Source of the DNA: Alphaproteobacteria bacterium
GTDB taxonomy: Bacteria > Pseudomonadota > Alphaproteobacteria > JAGOMX01
Reading direction: 5' to 3'
Length of the DNA: 64,000 bases
Assembly: GCA_041738135.1 (NCBI GenBank)
Contig: JBGSQK010000063.1
Span: forward strand, 2,319 to 66,318
A program made the translations under genes and the position numbers. Shown here piece after piece: positions 10,053 to 20,061 of this stretch; the stretch's first letter is position 1, and each line of letters opens with the position of its first letter. The notes beneath the pieces are model-generated. The model was not told where the DNA came from. It did not search any database and worked only from the letters and a program-made list of their open reading frames with translations.

Positions 10053-11768
10053 ATGATGATTACCTCTCGATTTATACTTATAAACGCAATTAGTCTTTCA
10101 TTGGCTTTTCCAGTGTGCTGTTCGGGCGCTCATTCGGATGACTTGGAAGATAACTCTCAGCCCGTCTCTATGAAGCAAAAAGTCACTTGGGATCTTCTTC
10201 CTCTAGAGAAGTCTGGGGTTGAGCCAGCATTTATGGATATCTATTCAGTATTTACAAAACTGGGACCGGAAGAGCAGCGGAATATCATTAAATCTCTGCA
10301 CAAGCAAGTCAAACAGGACACCAGGGATACAGCGGCCGCACGGAAATACTTGGATGCTATCGTTCGTCAAGCCAAAGGCAAGTGGCCTGGTGAGTTAATT
10401 AGCAATATGGATGTGATGGTGGCGTTGGGTATCGATACGCCCAAAGGGCAGCGGGATTTTATTCGCGAGCATGCACCTATGGCCAATGTGGTGGCGTCTG
10501 GAAAATTTCGGGACGCTCTGAACCAGACCTATTTTTATCTTGCGGATGCATATAGTAAAGCGGATCCCCAATGTGAAATCCTAAGCTATCCCCTGGCGGA
10601 TGTGAAAATGTTGCCGAGGCAAATCGGGCGTTTGAGGAATGCAGATTATATGTCGTTCTATGGCAATCAATTGGTGAGCATTCCCCATGAGGTGGGGGAT
10701 TTGAGAAGGCTGCTTGAAGTGAACTTGCATGATAATAACCTGTCAAGCCTGCCCATAGAATTCAGTCAGTTAAGCAATTTGCAAAAGTTGGACTTGTCTG
10801 GCAACAATTTTTCTTATGTGCCCGATGCTATTTGGCAGCTGAGTAACTTACGCGAGTTAAATTTGTCGCGTAATCACATCAGTGTTGTGCCAGTGGAATT
10901 GGCTCGATTGTCGAATTTGGAAAAACTTTACCTGTCAGAAAACCAAATTGCTAAATTGCCCGAGGAAATATGCAATCTGCCCAATCTTCAAATTTTTAGT
11001 GTAGCTGATAATAGGCTTTCGGGTTTGCCTGAAAATATTGGGAATTTACGGCAGTTGAATAGTTTGTCTGCTTATAAAAACCAAATCACTTCGTTGCCGG
11101 AGAGTTTAAAGTTTCTGGATCAGCTGGAGGATCTTAAGCTGTTCAGTAATAGGCTTTCTTCTTTGCCAGTAGGATTCGGTCAGCTGGCTAAATTGAAGAG
11201 CCTCAGTTTGTTTGATAACAAGTTTACAGAGTTTCCCGAGGAAGTAACACTATTGAGCGATTTAGTGGATCTGTCCTTGGCTGACAATAAAATGACCACA
11301 GTTTCTAGCCAGGTTGGACAGCTGCAAGGTTTGAAATGGCTTGATTTGTCGAACAACAGATTATCAGATTTACCGGATACGCTGGGTCAGCTGGTGTTCC
11401 TGCATGGCCTTGATTTGTCATGTAATCAGCTTAAGAAGCTACCAGATGATATCGGGCAGATGGCATTTTTGAATCAACTGGATGTATCGCATAATGAGCT
11501 TACCGAGCTACCGAAGCAAATCGGCTTGCTGACTGATATCACTAGGCTCTACTTTGAAAGCAATCAGCTGAGCGTTTTGCCCAAAGAAATTGTGGCTTTG
11601 CAAAATCTGGAAGCCATCGACTTGTCTAACAATAAATTCGAAGCTTTCCCTGCGCGGTTGGCGTTTATGGATGCCTTGCGTTTGGTAAACTTCAGCGATA
11701 ATCCTTACAAGAAGATATTTTCTTTCTGGCAGAGCAAATTGCCGAAGGGATGTATTTTGATGTATTGA
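10053..11768 (+). CDS. Secreted leucine-rich repeat protein
   Basis: Hydrophobic N-terminus; about 16 tandem 23-aa LxxLxLxxNxLxxLPxxI repeats; SD AAGGA before ATG 10053. Confidence 0.9.
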   Translation: MMITSRFILINAISLSLAFPVCCSGAHSDDLEDNSQPVSMKQKVTWDLLPLEKSGVEPAFMDIYSVFTKLGPEEQRNIIKSLHKQVKQDTRDTAAARKYLDAIVRQAKGKWPGELISNMDVMVALGIDTPKGQRDFIREHAPMANVVASGKFRDALNQTYFYLADAYSKADPQCEILSYPLADVKMLPRQIGRLRNADYMSFYGNQLVSIPHEVGDLRRLLEVNLHDNNLSSLPIEFSQLSNLQKLDLSGNNFSYVPDAIWQLSNLRELNLSRNHISVVPVELARLSNLEKLYLSENQIAKLPEEICNLPNLQIFSVADNRLSGLPENIGNLRQLNSLSAYKNQITSLPESLKFLDQLEDLKLFSNRLSSLPVGFGQLAKLKSLSLFDNKFTEFPEEVTLLSDLVDLSLADNKMTTVSSQVGQLQGLKWLDLSNNRLSDLPDTLGQLVFLHGLDLSCNQLKKLPDDIGQMAFLNQLDVSHNELTELPKQIGLLTDITRLYFESNQLSVLPKEIVALQNLEAIDLSNNKFEAFPARLAFMDALRLVNFSDNPYKKIFSFWQSKLPKGCILMY

Positions 11769-11779
11769 GTGGGCTCAAC

Positions 11780-12760
11780 TCACACCAAATATTTCTCTTC
11801 TATGGGTGTCGTCGGCAAGTGCATGGCTTCTTCTCTTTCTGTTTCGGCTAGTAGGGTGGAGAGGTAGCGTTCGGTACCGCTTGGGATAATGGCGACTATG
11901 AGTTTGCCGCGGTTTTCTTCTTTGGCGGCGACTCTTAGGGCGGCGACGATGGCGGCGCCTGAGCTGATGCCTACGGGGATGCCTTCTTCTTTGATAACCC
12001 GTTTGGACATGGCTAGGGATTCTTCGCTGCTGACTTGTTCGATTTGATCCACAATATCCATATGTAGGTTTTTGGGTATGAAGCCAGCGCCGATGCCTTG
12101 GATTTTATGGGGGCCGGGTTTGCCGCCTGAAATGACGGGGGATTCTACGGGTTCCACGACGACCATTTTAAAGGATGGTTTTTTGGCTTTGATGACTTCA
12201 GCTACACCTGTGGCTGTTCCACCCGTGCCGACGCCGCTTACTACTATATCTACTTGACCGTCTGTGTCGTTCCAAATCTCTAAGGCTGTTGTTTCGCGGT
12301 GTATTCTAGGGTTGTCCGGGTTGTCGAATTGGCTAGGGACGAAGAAATTTGGATTTTTATCGACTAGTTCTTTTGTCTTAGCAATAGCCCCAGGCATACC
12401 ATTGACGGCAGGGGTTAGAACCACTTTGGCGCCAAACATGAGCAACAACATTTTGCGTTCCAGGGACATTTGTTCTGGCATAACTAGTGTAAGGGGGTAT
12501 CCTTTGGCAGCACAGATAAAAGCGAGGCCAATGCCCGTGTTACCGCTGGTGGGCTCGATGATCTCCATGCCTTTTTTCAGGCGGCCTTCTTCTTCCGCAT
12601 GCTCGATCATGCTGATGGCAATGCGGTCTTTAACTGAGCCTAGGGGATTGAAAAATTCTAGTTTCAAGAGAATCTTGCCTGGGAGGTCCTTGCCAATGCG
12701 TTGAAAGCCGATAAGTGGTGTGCTGCCTATGGTTTTTGTTATATCACTGTATACGCGCAT
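11780..12760 (-). CDS. cysK: Cysteine synthase A
   Basis: NPLGSVKDRI (PLP lysine), PTSGNTG, GTGGT, HKIQGIG. Confidence 0.95.
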   Translation of the reverse strand: MRVYSDITKTIGSTPLIGFQRIGKDLPGKILLKLEFFNPLGSVKDRIAISMIEHAEEEGRLKKGMEIIEPTSGNTGIGLAFICAAKGYPLTLVMPEQMSLERKMLLLMFGAKVVLTPAVNGMPGAIAKTKELVDKNPNFFVPSQFDNPDNPRIHRETTALEIWNDTDGQVDIVVSGVGTGGTATGVAEVIKAKKPSFKMVVVEPVESPVISGGKPGPHKIQGIGAGFIPKNLHMDIVDQIEQVSSEESLAMSKRVIKEEGIPVGISSGAAIVAALRVAAKEENRGKLIVAIIPSGTERYLSTLLAETEREEAMHLPTTPIEEKYLV

Positions 12761-12778
12761 GTGGCCTAACCTTCCCGA

Positions 12779-13321
12779 TTAAATGTTGTATTCGATGTTC
12801 CATTCCTTGTATTCTGTAGAACCTTTTTCTATGATCTTAGCGGGTATGCCCGCCACAACCGAATCTGGCGGGACGTCTTTTGTCACCACAGAATTAGCGC
12901 CCACCAGGGAATTCTTGCCGATGGTTATATTGCCCAAAACCTTGCTGCCCGCGCCTATCATAACGTTATCTTCAATAGTGGGATGACGTTTAGATTGAGT
13001 GTTTTGGTTGCCGCCTAAGGTGACGCCCTGATAGATCAATACGTCGTTACCTATGATCGCAGTTTCGCCTATGACTACGCCCATGCCGTGATCAATAACA
13101 CATCCTTCTCCAATAACAGCGCCTGGATGAATGTCAATGCCTGTAATCCAGCGGGACAGTTCAGAAAAGAATCGAGGGAGAAATGGAATCTTCTGTTCAT
13201 AAAGAAAATGCGCAATGCTATGAAAAAAAATGGCCTTAACACCTGGATACAAAAGTATTATTTCCCAAATATTACGGGCTGCTGGATCTTTTTTCTGATA
13301 AGCACGAATGAGCGATTTCAT
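12779..13321 (-). CDS. cysE: Serine O-acetyltransferase
   Basis: DPAA, GIDIHPGA, IDHGMGVVIGETA, KRHPT; C-terminal Ile (EYNI) as used for CysK docking. Confidence 0.95.
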   Translation of the reverse strand: MKSLIRAYQKKDPAARNIWEIILLYPGVKAIFFHSIAHFLYEQKIPFLPRFFSELSRWITGIDIHPGAVIGEGCVIDHGMGVVIGETAIIGNDVLIYQGVTLGGNQNTQSKRHPTIEDNVMIGAGSKVLGNITIGKNSLVGANSVVTKDVPPDSVVAGIPAKIIEKGSTEYKEWNIEYNI

Positions 13322-13487
13322 AACTATAATTATGTTTTATTTGGTTTAAATAGTCAAATGTAAGTTTGATTGGAATGATCCGTAACGTTAGACAGATTCG
13401 CTTGACTACTGGTTTATTCGTGCTTATATGGTGCTGTAAAGTACGCGCGTTGCGGTCTGAAAATAGTCATTAAATGTTGAGGAATCT

Positions 13488-14267
13488 ATGAATAAAATAC
13501 TACCATTGTTCGTCTTGTGTTTAGGTCTTGTCGCTTGTGACGGGCATATACAAACTACTTCTGGAGCTGAGTATCTGGAAAAATACAAAAAAGTTCCTGC
13601 TGGGTCCGTAGCGACTGGTAAGAATGCCAGTATAGAAGACCAAATCCGCAAAGTGGCTGCCGTGGAGCCCACTCTTAAGTTTCCAGCTCGGATAGGACTT
13701 GCCCGTATTGATAATGGACGTTTAAGCGCTATGCCAGGTGAGGAAGTTACCGCTTGGGACAAGGTTAAGGGTAAACTTGGGAAGGGCTTTGGCGAGCTAG
13801 TTCCTCTCAATCCAATGGTAGCTGATATGGTAAGTCAGAGCGTTAAAGCCAACAGTGATATCAAGTCACTTGGCGTTATGGATAAAATACGCCTGGGTGC
13901 AGCAAGGCAACATCTAGATGCTGTTCTTATCTACGAGGTCTATAGCAAATCAGGCAGTGAAAGCAATTTTCTGTCCATTGCCGATCTCACGATTATTGGT
14001 GGTTTTATACTCCCGTCACGCGCTCTAAATGCAGAAGGATTTGCCAATGCCATGCTTATAGACGTGGTGCAGGGCTATCCTTATGGAACTGTGGACGTCA
14101 TCGTGGACAAAGAAGAAGTGTATTCCTCCAGTTGGGGATCTAGAAACAAAGAAACAGATTTGGCTAATTCAGTAAAAACGAAAGCAGCCATAAAATTATC
14201 TGAAGAAGCTGAAAGAATGTTCCAAAAACTGCGCCTAGAACTGGCGGAGAAAAGAGCTAAGAAGTAA
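13488..14267 (+). CDS. Lipoprotein of unknown function
   Basis: Lipobox LVAC; SD GAGGA. Confidence 0.75.
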   Translation: MNKILPLFVLCLGLVACDGHIQTTSGAEYLEKYKKVPAGSVATGKNASIEDQIRKVAAVEPTLKFPARIGLARIDNGRLSAMPGEEVTAWDKVKGKLGKGFGELVPLNPMVADMVSQSVKANSDIKSLGVMDKIRLGAARQHLDAVLIYEVYSKSGSESNFLSIADLTIIGGFILPSRALNAEGFANAMLIDVVQGYPYGTVDVIVDKEEVYSSSWGSRNKETDLANSVKTKAAIKLSEEAERMFQKLRLELAEKRAKK

Positions 14268-14282
14268 ATTAATTATGCCGGA

Positions 14283-14315
14283 AGAGAGTAGGGCGAATTG
14301 AACGTCTTACTCTCT
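14283..14315 (+). terminator. Hairpin after the lipoprotein gene
   Basis: agagagtagggcg/cgtcttactctct with G-U pairs on the + strand. Confidence 0.5.
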
Positions 14316-14585
14316 AATGGAATTAATCTTTGAGCCAATGAGCGTCTTTGAAACTAGTGATTGCTTGCTTGCAGCAATTCGATTGAATTGAAAAAACCGC
14401 TTTAATTACAAAATATTAAGAATAAAAAAAGCAGTGTTATTTATTGACTTGTATGCTCTTTTCCGTTAAATCTTGCACCAATGTTCAGTTCTGAAGATCG
14501 CTAGTGCCTTGTCGTAAATAGAAGGTCTCATGGTTTTAGAATTAGATGAATTTTTAGGCAAAAAAATATAATGAAAAGGTGCAGT

Positions 14586-15299
14586 ATGAAAACGAAAATA
14601 TTAAGTTGCTTGAGTCTTGTGGTTTTGTTGGCTGGGTGTGGTACGCATCGTGAAAATATGAATATTCATCCTGTTTGTTTGTCAAAACCTTCGACGGTTG
14701 TTATTACGCAAATAGAAGGATTAGATAAGCCGTATTTTTATAAAGTAGGAAATCAAGGGCTTATAGACGCTGTTGTCAATGAAGCTGTAACCAGCTCTGT
14801 TTGTAATAAAATTGAGTCTATTGATGCAAAACCCGTTGTCGATGCCCACTATTATAAACCATTTGAGGCAGTCTTTGCGGGCCAATCCTTTAAGGTCACA
14901 AACGTTTCTGAACCTCTGATCAGGCAGGAATTATTGCCTCATGCGGTGGATGAAGCAAGGTTTGCACCTTTTGATTTTAGGCCTCTGAAAAGCAGATATG
15001 GCGCTGATTATGCATTGATTCTGCATCCTAGGCTTTTTGGGACAGAGCGCTCGTATTATGGATTTATCCCAACGAGCAAACCTAAAGGACTTGCGAACTT
15101 AGCCGTTTATCTAGTAAAGCTTGAGGACAACACCTTAGTAGGTTATTACAACACAAATGTTTACGTCCCTGCTCAGGGTGATTGGGATACTCCTCCTGAG
15201 TATTTAGCTCTTACGGATGCCTCAAAGAATGCTCTTACGAAGGCACTTAATGATGCGCATGCTTATCTGTTTAGCAACATACCAAAAGCATCGGTTTAG
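14586..15299 (+). CDS. Lipoprotein of unknown function
   Basis: MKTKILSCLSLVVLLAGC lipobox; start at the second ATG. Confidence 0.75.
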   Translation: MKTKILSCLSLVVLLAGCGTHRENMNIHPVCLSKPSTVVITQIEGLDKPYFYKVGNQGLIDAVVNEAVTSSVCNKIESIDAKPVVDAHYYKPFEAVFAGQSFKVTNVSEPLIRQELLPHAVDEARFAPFDFRPLKSRYGADYALILHPRLFGTERSYYGFIPTSKPKGLANLAVYLVKLEDNTLVGYYNTNVYVPAQGDWDTPPEYLALTDASKNALTKALNDAHAYLFSNIPKASV

Positions 15300-15342
15300 A
15301 TAATTGTAAGCATTCTTTTTTTCAAGTAAAAGGGGGGTAAGA

Positions 15343-15927
15343 TTATTTCTTATCCCCTATTTTCTTTTCTATCCGGCGATCAGGAACTAACCACATGAGT
15401 GCAACACCTATAAGAAGGACTCCTGATAGCCAGGTATAGTCGAGCAGGGCCAGTGGGATGGCGCTGGCGTAGGCGGCCAGGGAGAGGCGTTCTTTAATAT
15501 TTGTACCGATGGCTTTGGCAAGCATTGATTCTTTGCCGTGGGACTTAATGATCTGTATTTCCAGTATCTGATAGGCTAACGCTGCCATTAACAAATTGAA
15601 TGAGTATACAGCCATGGGTAATGCTGCAAAGTGATTTTCGCCAATCCACCCGGTATTAAACGGTAGAAGTGAGAGCCAGAAAAGCAAATGTAGATTTGCC
15701 CATAGGATGCCGGCGCTCACATGGTCTATGGTGTGGAGTAGGTGATGGTGGTTGTTCCAATAAATACCGATATATATGAAGCTGAGAATGTAACTTATAA
15801 ACTGCGGGAAAAGTTCTGTTAAATCTGCCCAATTTTCGCCGTGTGGCACTTTCAGCTCTAACACCATGATGGTGATAATGATGGCTAGTACGCCGTCACT
15901 GAAAGCTTCAAGTCTTCCTCGTCCCAC
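15343..15927 (-). CDS. TMEM175-family potassium channel (DUF1211)
   Basis: RLEAFSDGVLAIIITIMVLE, YWNNHH. Confidence 0.92.
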   Translation of the reverse strand: MGRGRLEAFSDGVLAIIITIMVLELKVPHGENWADLTELFPQFISYILSFIYIGIYWNNHHHLLHTIDHVSAGILWANLHLLFWLSLLPFNTGWIGENHFAALPMAVYSFNLLMAALAYQILEIQIIKSHGKESMLAKAIGTNIKERLSLAAYASAIPLALLDYTWLSGVLLIGVALMWLVPDRRIEKKIGDKK

Positions 15928-15938
15928 GAGCGTTCTCC

Positions 15939-16463
15939 CTAATCTTCAGTGAATGTGTCTCTGACACGTTTTGAAGTAAGTATGTAGGGAACTGCAATAG
16001 CTGAAACCGTAATGGCAATTACTAGATAAAGAAGGCCATTGTTATAGGTATCCAGCGCTGATCCTAATGGTTCTGGCAATGAGCTGTTAATATACTCAAC
16101 TATGACTAGATCCATGGCAAGATAGGCAAGTCCAGTGATTGTGAGCCATACGAACCAGTTTGGGAAGTTCTTTTTCTTGTTAAGGAAGAGATAGCCTAAG
16201 GCAATCAAGGCTATGGCGTAACTAATTTGGAATGCTGTTTCCATAACCAATGTTCGTGCCCATAAGGGGTGATAGGACTCAGAAAGAGGGGAGGTGACAT
16301 TGGCCCATGTGTCTCCCGTAAAATTCTGAATCATTCCAGGGATGCCTGCTAGGCAAATAATAACCATGAGGGCGATGCCAATACCGATCAAAATAAGCCA
16401 GCCGGTGTAGCTGTGAGTTGTGCTCATATAAGCAGGAGAAGTCTTTTCCATAATTTCCACCAA
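15939..16463 (-). CDS. DUF2569-like membrane protein
   Basis: N-terminal GWLILIGI, four TM segments, C-terminal PYILTSKRVRDTF. Confidence 0.75.
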   Translation of the reverse strand: MVEIMEKTSPAYMSTTHSYTGWLILIGIGIALMVIICLAGIPGMIQNFTGDTWANVTSPLSESYHPLWARTLVMETAFQISYAIALIALGYLFLNKKKNFPNWFVWLTITGLAYLAMDLVIVEYINSSLPEPLGSALDTYNNGLLYLVIAITVSAIAVPYILTSKRVRDTFTED

Positions 16464-16498
16464 TATTAACTATATATATTTAGTATAATAATAAATGG

Positions 16499-16513
16499 TT
16501 AAATTAGCGTTAA
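16499..16513. promoter_or_regulatory. CtrA-type box
   Basis: (G)TTAA-attagcg-TTAA, exact TTAA-N7-TTAA upstream of the DUF2569 gene. Confidence 0.55.
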
Positions 16514-16570
16514 GTTATGGAAAAAATGTGGAATGTTACTCATGCAAAATTACTAAAGACAAACCAACTT

Positions 16571-16684
16571 CCGTCATTGCGAGCCCCTCTTGGGGCGTGG
16601 CAATCCACTGTGGTGTGGCCGTTTTACTAAAGTTGTGGGCAAGAAAGTAGATTGCCGCGCCCCAAGAGGGGCTCGCAATGACGG
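16571..16684. repeat. RPE-like palindromic element, gtcattgcgag type
   Basis: ~35-bp inverted arms ccgtcattgcgagcccctcttggggcgtggcaatc / gattgccgcgccccaagaggggctcgcaatgacgg. Confidence 0.9.
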
Positions 16685-16702
16685 GGGTGATAGCGCTTTG
16701 GC

Positions 16703-17515
16703 CTATTCCAAAACCAACCGATCATCATCCACCTCTGACCCACTCTTCTTTTTGAATAGCTCCAGCAGGTCTTGCATGGTCATGTTGGATCGTTCATGCC
16801 CGCTTATGTCCAGAACGACTTTGCCTTGGTGAAGCATGATGGTGCGGGTGCCGGCTTCCAAAGCTTGATGCATGCTGTGGGTGACCATCATGGTGGTGAG
16901 TTTTCGCTCTGCAACGATTTTGCAGGTCAGGTCCATTACCATGGCTGCCATTTTGGGGTCCAGGGCAGCGGTGTGCTCGTCCAAGACTAGGACTTTCATG
17001 GGGCTTAGGATGGCCATGATGAGACTTAAGGTTTGTCTTTGACCGCCTGAAAGGAGGCCGATGGGGTCTTGCAGTCTGTCTTCAAGGCCCATGCCTAAGA
17101 CAGATACGTGTTTGCGGAATTCTTCGCGACGGCTGTGTGTGAGCGCTAACCGGAATCCATTTTTTAACTTCCATGATTGGTTCTGGCCGCGGCCATAGGC
17201 GAGGGCTAAATTTTCTTCGATGGAAAGATCAGCGCAAGTGCCCATCATGGGGTCTTGGAAGACGTGTGCAACGAACTCGGCTCTGCGGGGGGTGTTCCAT
17301 GATGTGATATCGGTGTCATCAACGACGATGGAACCTTTTTGTGGGTTGGCAACACCTGTAAGACACTTGAGTAGTGTGGATTTTCCTGCACCATTGCTCC
17401 CTATGACTGTTACAAACTCGCCTTCGGCGATGTTTAGACTAATGCCACGCAAAGCATGGTTTTCCATTGGAGTGCCTATGTTGAAGCTGAGGTGTATGTT
17501 TTTGAATTTGATCAT
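16703..17515 (-). CDS. ABC transporter ATP-binding protein
   Basis: GSNGAGKST, LSGGQRQ, LDEHTAALDP. Confidence 0.93.
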   Translation of the reverse strand: MIKFKNIHLSFNIGTPMENHALRGISLNIAEGEFVTVIGSNGAGKSTLLKCLTGVANPQKGSIVVDDTDITSWNTPRRAEFVAHVFQDPMMGTCADLSIEENLALAYGRGQNQSWKLKNGFRLALTHSRREEFRKHVSVLGMGLEDRLQDPIGLLSGGQRQTLSLIMAILSPMKVLVLDEHTAALDPKMAAMVMDLTCKIVAERKLTTMMVTHSMHQALEAGTRTIMLHQGKVVLDISGHERSNMTMQDLLELFKKKSGSEVDDDRLVLE

Positions 17516-17520
17516 ATGAA

Positions 17521-18447
17521 TTACCCCATCTTCTGGCGAGTGGACAGTACAGCTCGTTTTACCGAATGCCTCACATGTGATAATACCATGGCTGTGGCGA
17601 TGAGTACGGCGGCTACCAATTTCAGATCTGAGGTTTCAAGTCCAAGGATGTCGCTGTTCAAGGCAAGGCCAATAACGATGTAATAGGCAATAGCACCCAT
17701 CACACAGGCAACCATTGCTAAAAGCACTGAGCGAGAATGGACAACGGCTTCACCTATAATGACGGCTGCCAGGCCTACGATAATGGTTCCGGGACCCATA
17801 TTGACGTCTGCGAAAGCTTGGCTTTGGGCGAAGATGGCGCCTGAGAGTGCATATAGGCTGTTGCTTAAGGCAATTCCCACAAGGATCATGGTGTTGATCT
17901 GGATGCCCTGAGCAGTGGCCATTTGTTTGTTTTTGCCTGTGGCTCGCATAGCAAGACCAGTCTGAGTGCTTAAGAACCAGAAGAGTCCTAGGACTACGGT
18001 TGTAAGGAGAGTAAAGGTCAGAAGAATCACAGATGTTTTATGAGCAATAACAATGCCCATGCTTTGGAGCACGGTGTCGATGTTTTGGAAAATGGTGACT
18101 TCATTGAGTAGCCCCAAATTGGGCGCGCCCATAATTCTCAAGTTGACCGAGTACAAGGCCGTCATAGTTAGAATACTGGCGAGCAGGTGCAAAATGCGAC
18201 CATAAACGTTTAGGCAAGCGGTTACTAATCCCGCAGCAGCACCGCCTATCATGGCGATGAGAGTGGCAAGCCATGGGTCGTGTCCGCTTAAGATCAGGAC
18301 AGCCGCAATACCAGCGCCCATGGGGAAGCTACCGTCAACGGTCATATCGGGAAAATCAAGGATCCGAAAAGAAATGTATACGCCAACAGCCACGAGGCCA
18401 TAAATCAAGCCAAGCTCAATGGCGGCGGTAATTTCAGAAACGTTCAT
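17521..18447 (-). CDS. ABC transporter permease (putative aromatic amino acid importer)
   Basis: ISFRILDFPDMTVDGSF, GLAMRATG; family typically partners PF04392-type binding proteins. Confidence 0.9.
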   Translation of the reverse strand: MNVSEITAAIELGLIYGLVAVGVYISFRILDFPDMTVDGSFPMGAGIAAVLILSGHDPWLATLIAMIGGAAAGLVTACLNVYGRILHLLASILTMTALYSVNLRIMGAPNLGLLNEVTIFQNIDTVLQSMGIVIAHKTSVILLTFTLLTTVVLGLFWFLSTQTGLAMRATGKNKQMATAQGIQINTMILVGIALSNSLYALSGAIFAQSQAFADVNMGPGTIIVGLAAVIIGEAVVHSRSVLLAMVACVMGAIAYYIVIGLALNSDILGLETSDLKLVAAVLIATAMVLSHVRHSVKRAVLSTRQKMG

Positions 18448-18596
18448 ATGTTGGTCCTTCTTCGCTCAGACTCAAGCCTTCCAGACAACAAATGCGTGAG
18501 TGTGGTCATAATCATCATTTTCTCGTGTGAGGTTGCATATATATTTATAGCGGATTTCGCCGCCAATATCCAGAGGGCAGTGAGGGTAATGACGTT

Positions 18597-19787
18597 TTAC
18601 TCGGATTCAGGTTGGCCATATCTCTTGGCAAGATGAAAGCAAATAGACATTATAATTGATACAATAAGCATAAAAATAATGGCGGGGATAAAGTTATGGC
18701 TAGGTAATAAAGCGGCCGCTACACTGCCCAGGGTTGTAAATAACTGCCTTGTGGTGGCCATGAAAGACGAGGCTGAGCCTCTGGAGTGTTCGCCATAGCT
18801 CATGGCTTTGGCTCCGGAAATGGGTAGAATAAAGGCAAGTCCTATGGTGAATGGTAGATATGAAAGGGTGATGAGTATAGGGCTGTCTTCTGCGAAAAGA
18901 GAAGCCAAAAGCATGATGAAGCATCCCACATAGGAAAGGATAAGTCCTGCGTTTAATATAGTATCCATGTGGTAGTTATTCATAACGCGCTGGATATAAA
19001 ACGAGGCCGCTGAAAACATTATAATTTGTGCGAAAACATAATAACCGAAATTTTCTACACCCACGCCCATGTACTTGATAAAAATAAACGGCATAATTGT
19101 TCTGTAAAACCAAAGGCTGCTGAACAGCAAGCTATTCATCAGCGAATAGAAGATGAAGCTGGGTTTGGCTAGAAGTTGCTTGTAATTCTTTAGTAGGTGA
19201 GCAGGATGGAGTTTAGTTCTTTCTTCTTTGGCATGGGTTTCCTCGAAGAATAGATAAAGGGCAACAAATGTGCAAAACACAATTATCGCTGTCACGAGAA
19301 AGCATGATTGCCAGCCAAAATGGACGGTTAGATAACCGCCTAGAATGGGTGCTATGGCGGGGGTCAGGACGATGACGACGCCCATCTGTGCAAACAACTT
19401 GGCGCTTTCCTTTTCATTGAAATGGTCCCTTATTATGGCTTGACTAAGACCTAAGGAAACGCCAGATCCACAACCTTGAATAAATCTCATGAGCAGGAAA
19501 TTATCGATATCTAAGGGCAGCAATAAAAGGATGGATCCCAACAAAAATATGCCATAGCCGAGCAATAGAATTTTTCGGCGACCATAACTATCAGATATAG
19601 GGCCATAGACGATGGCAGCTAGCACTAAACCAATTTGAAATGTGGAGACTGTATGTTCGATGACGTTGTCGCTGACGTTGAAGTAAAGTGCCATTTCGGG
19701 CATGGCTGGAAAATAGAGGCTTGCACCCAAAAAGCTGACCGAGCTTGAGATGATTATGAGACTAAAAAGTGTTTGGTTTTTGGTCAT
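18597..19787 (-). CDS. Bcr/CflA-family MFS efflux transporter
   Basis: LYFPAMP, GPISDSYGRR, PAIAPILGG, FGWQSCF. Confidence 0.88.
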   Translation of the reverse strand: MTKNQTLFSLIIISSSVSFLGASLYFPAMPEMALYFNVSDNVIEHTVSTFQIGLVLAAIVYGPISDSYGRRKILLLGYGIFLLGSILLLLPLDIDNFLLMRFIQGCGSGVSLGLSQAIIRDHFNEKESAKLFAQMGVVIVLTPAIAPILGGYLTVHFGWQSCFLVTAIIVFCTFVALYLFFEETHAKEERTKLHPAHLLKNYKQLLAKPSFIFYSLMNSLLFSSLWFYRTIMPFIFIKYMGVGVENFGYYVFAQIIMFSAASFYIQRVMNNYHMDTILNAGLILSYVGCFIMLLASLFAEDSPILITLSYLPFTIGLAFILPISGAKAMSYGEHSRGSASSFMATTRQLFTTLGSVAAALLPSHNFIPAIIFMLIVSIIMSICFHLAKRYGQPESE

Positions 19788-19878
19788 ATTTATTTTGTTC
19801 CTGATTTGATTGTATAACCATTTGCTTAACAGATGCTTGATGTGTTTTGCTGTTGTGCAAACAAGTCCCTTTAAAATG

Positions 19879-19906
19879 TTGACTTTCTAGATCAAAAGGT
19901 TAATCT
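19879..19906 (+). promoter_or_regulatory. Putative promoter of the leader/SBP transcript
   Basis: TTGACT-16 nt-TAATCT. Confidence 0.45.
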
Positions 19907-19935
19907 GCTTGTTGTATATAAAAGAGTTTGAGCAA

Positions 19936-20004
19936 ATGCGGATTTATAACCTTCGGTCGGGTGATTCTTACACCTACCATCATTATCTTACATCTCGATA
20001 CTGA
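19936..20004 (+). CDS. Putative Tyr-rich leader peptide MRIYNLRSGDSYTYHHYLTSRY
   Basis: 22 codons, 5 Tyr and 2 His; purine-rich AAGAG upstream; lies within a structured 5' leader. Confidence 0.6.
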   Translation: MRIYNLRSGDSYTYHHYLTSRY

Positions 20005-20057
20005 TAGCCTCAGTTTCGAGAGCGCTGTTGATTTATTTAAGATATAGAAGGTTATAA
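19944..20057 (+). promoter_or_regulatory. SD-sequestering leader structure (putative translational attenuator)
   Basis: Nested helices: 19944-19954/20047-20057 (11 bp, covers SD GAAGG), 19984-19990/20038-20044, 19993-19998/20016-20021, 20000-20004/20010-20014. Confidence 0.65.
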
Positions 20058-20061
20058 CATC

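Noticed and set aside
18444-18518. Short uORF (MMIMTTLTHLLSGRLESERRRTNI) overlapping the permease start
   Set aside because: No regulatory codon bias or convincing anti-SD structure; likely chance
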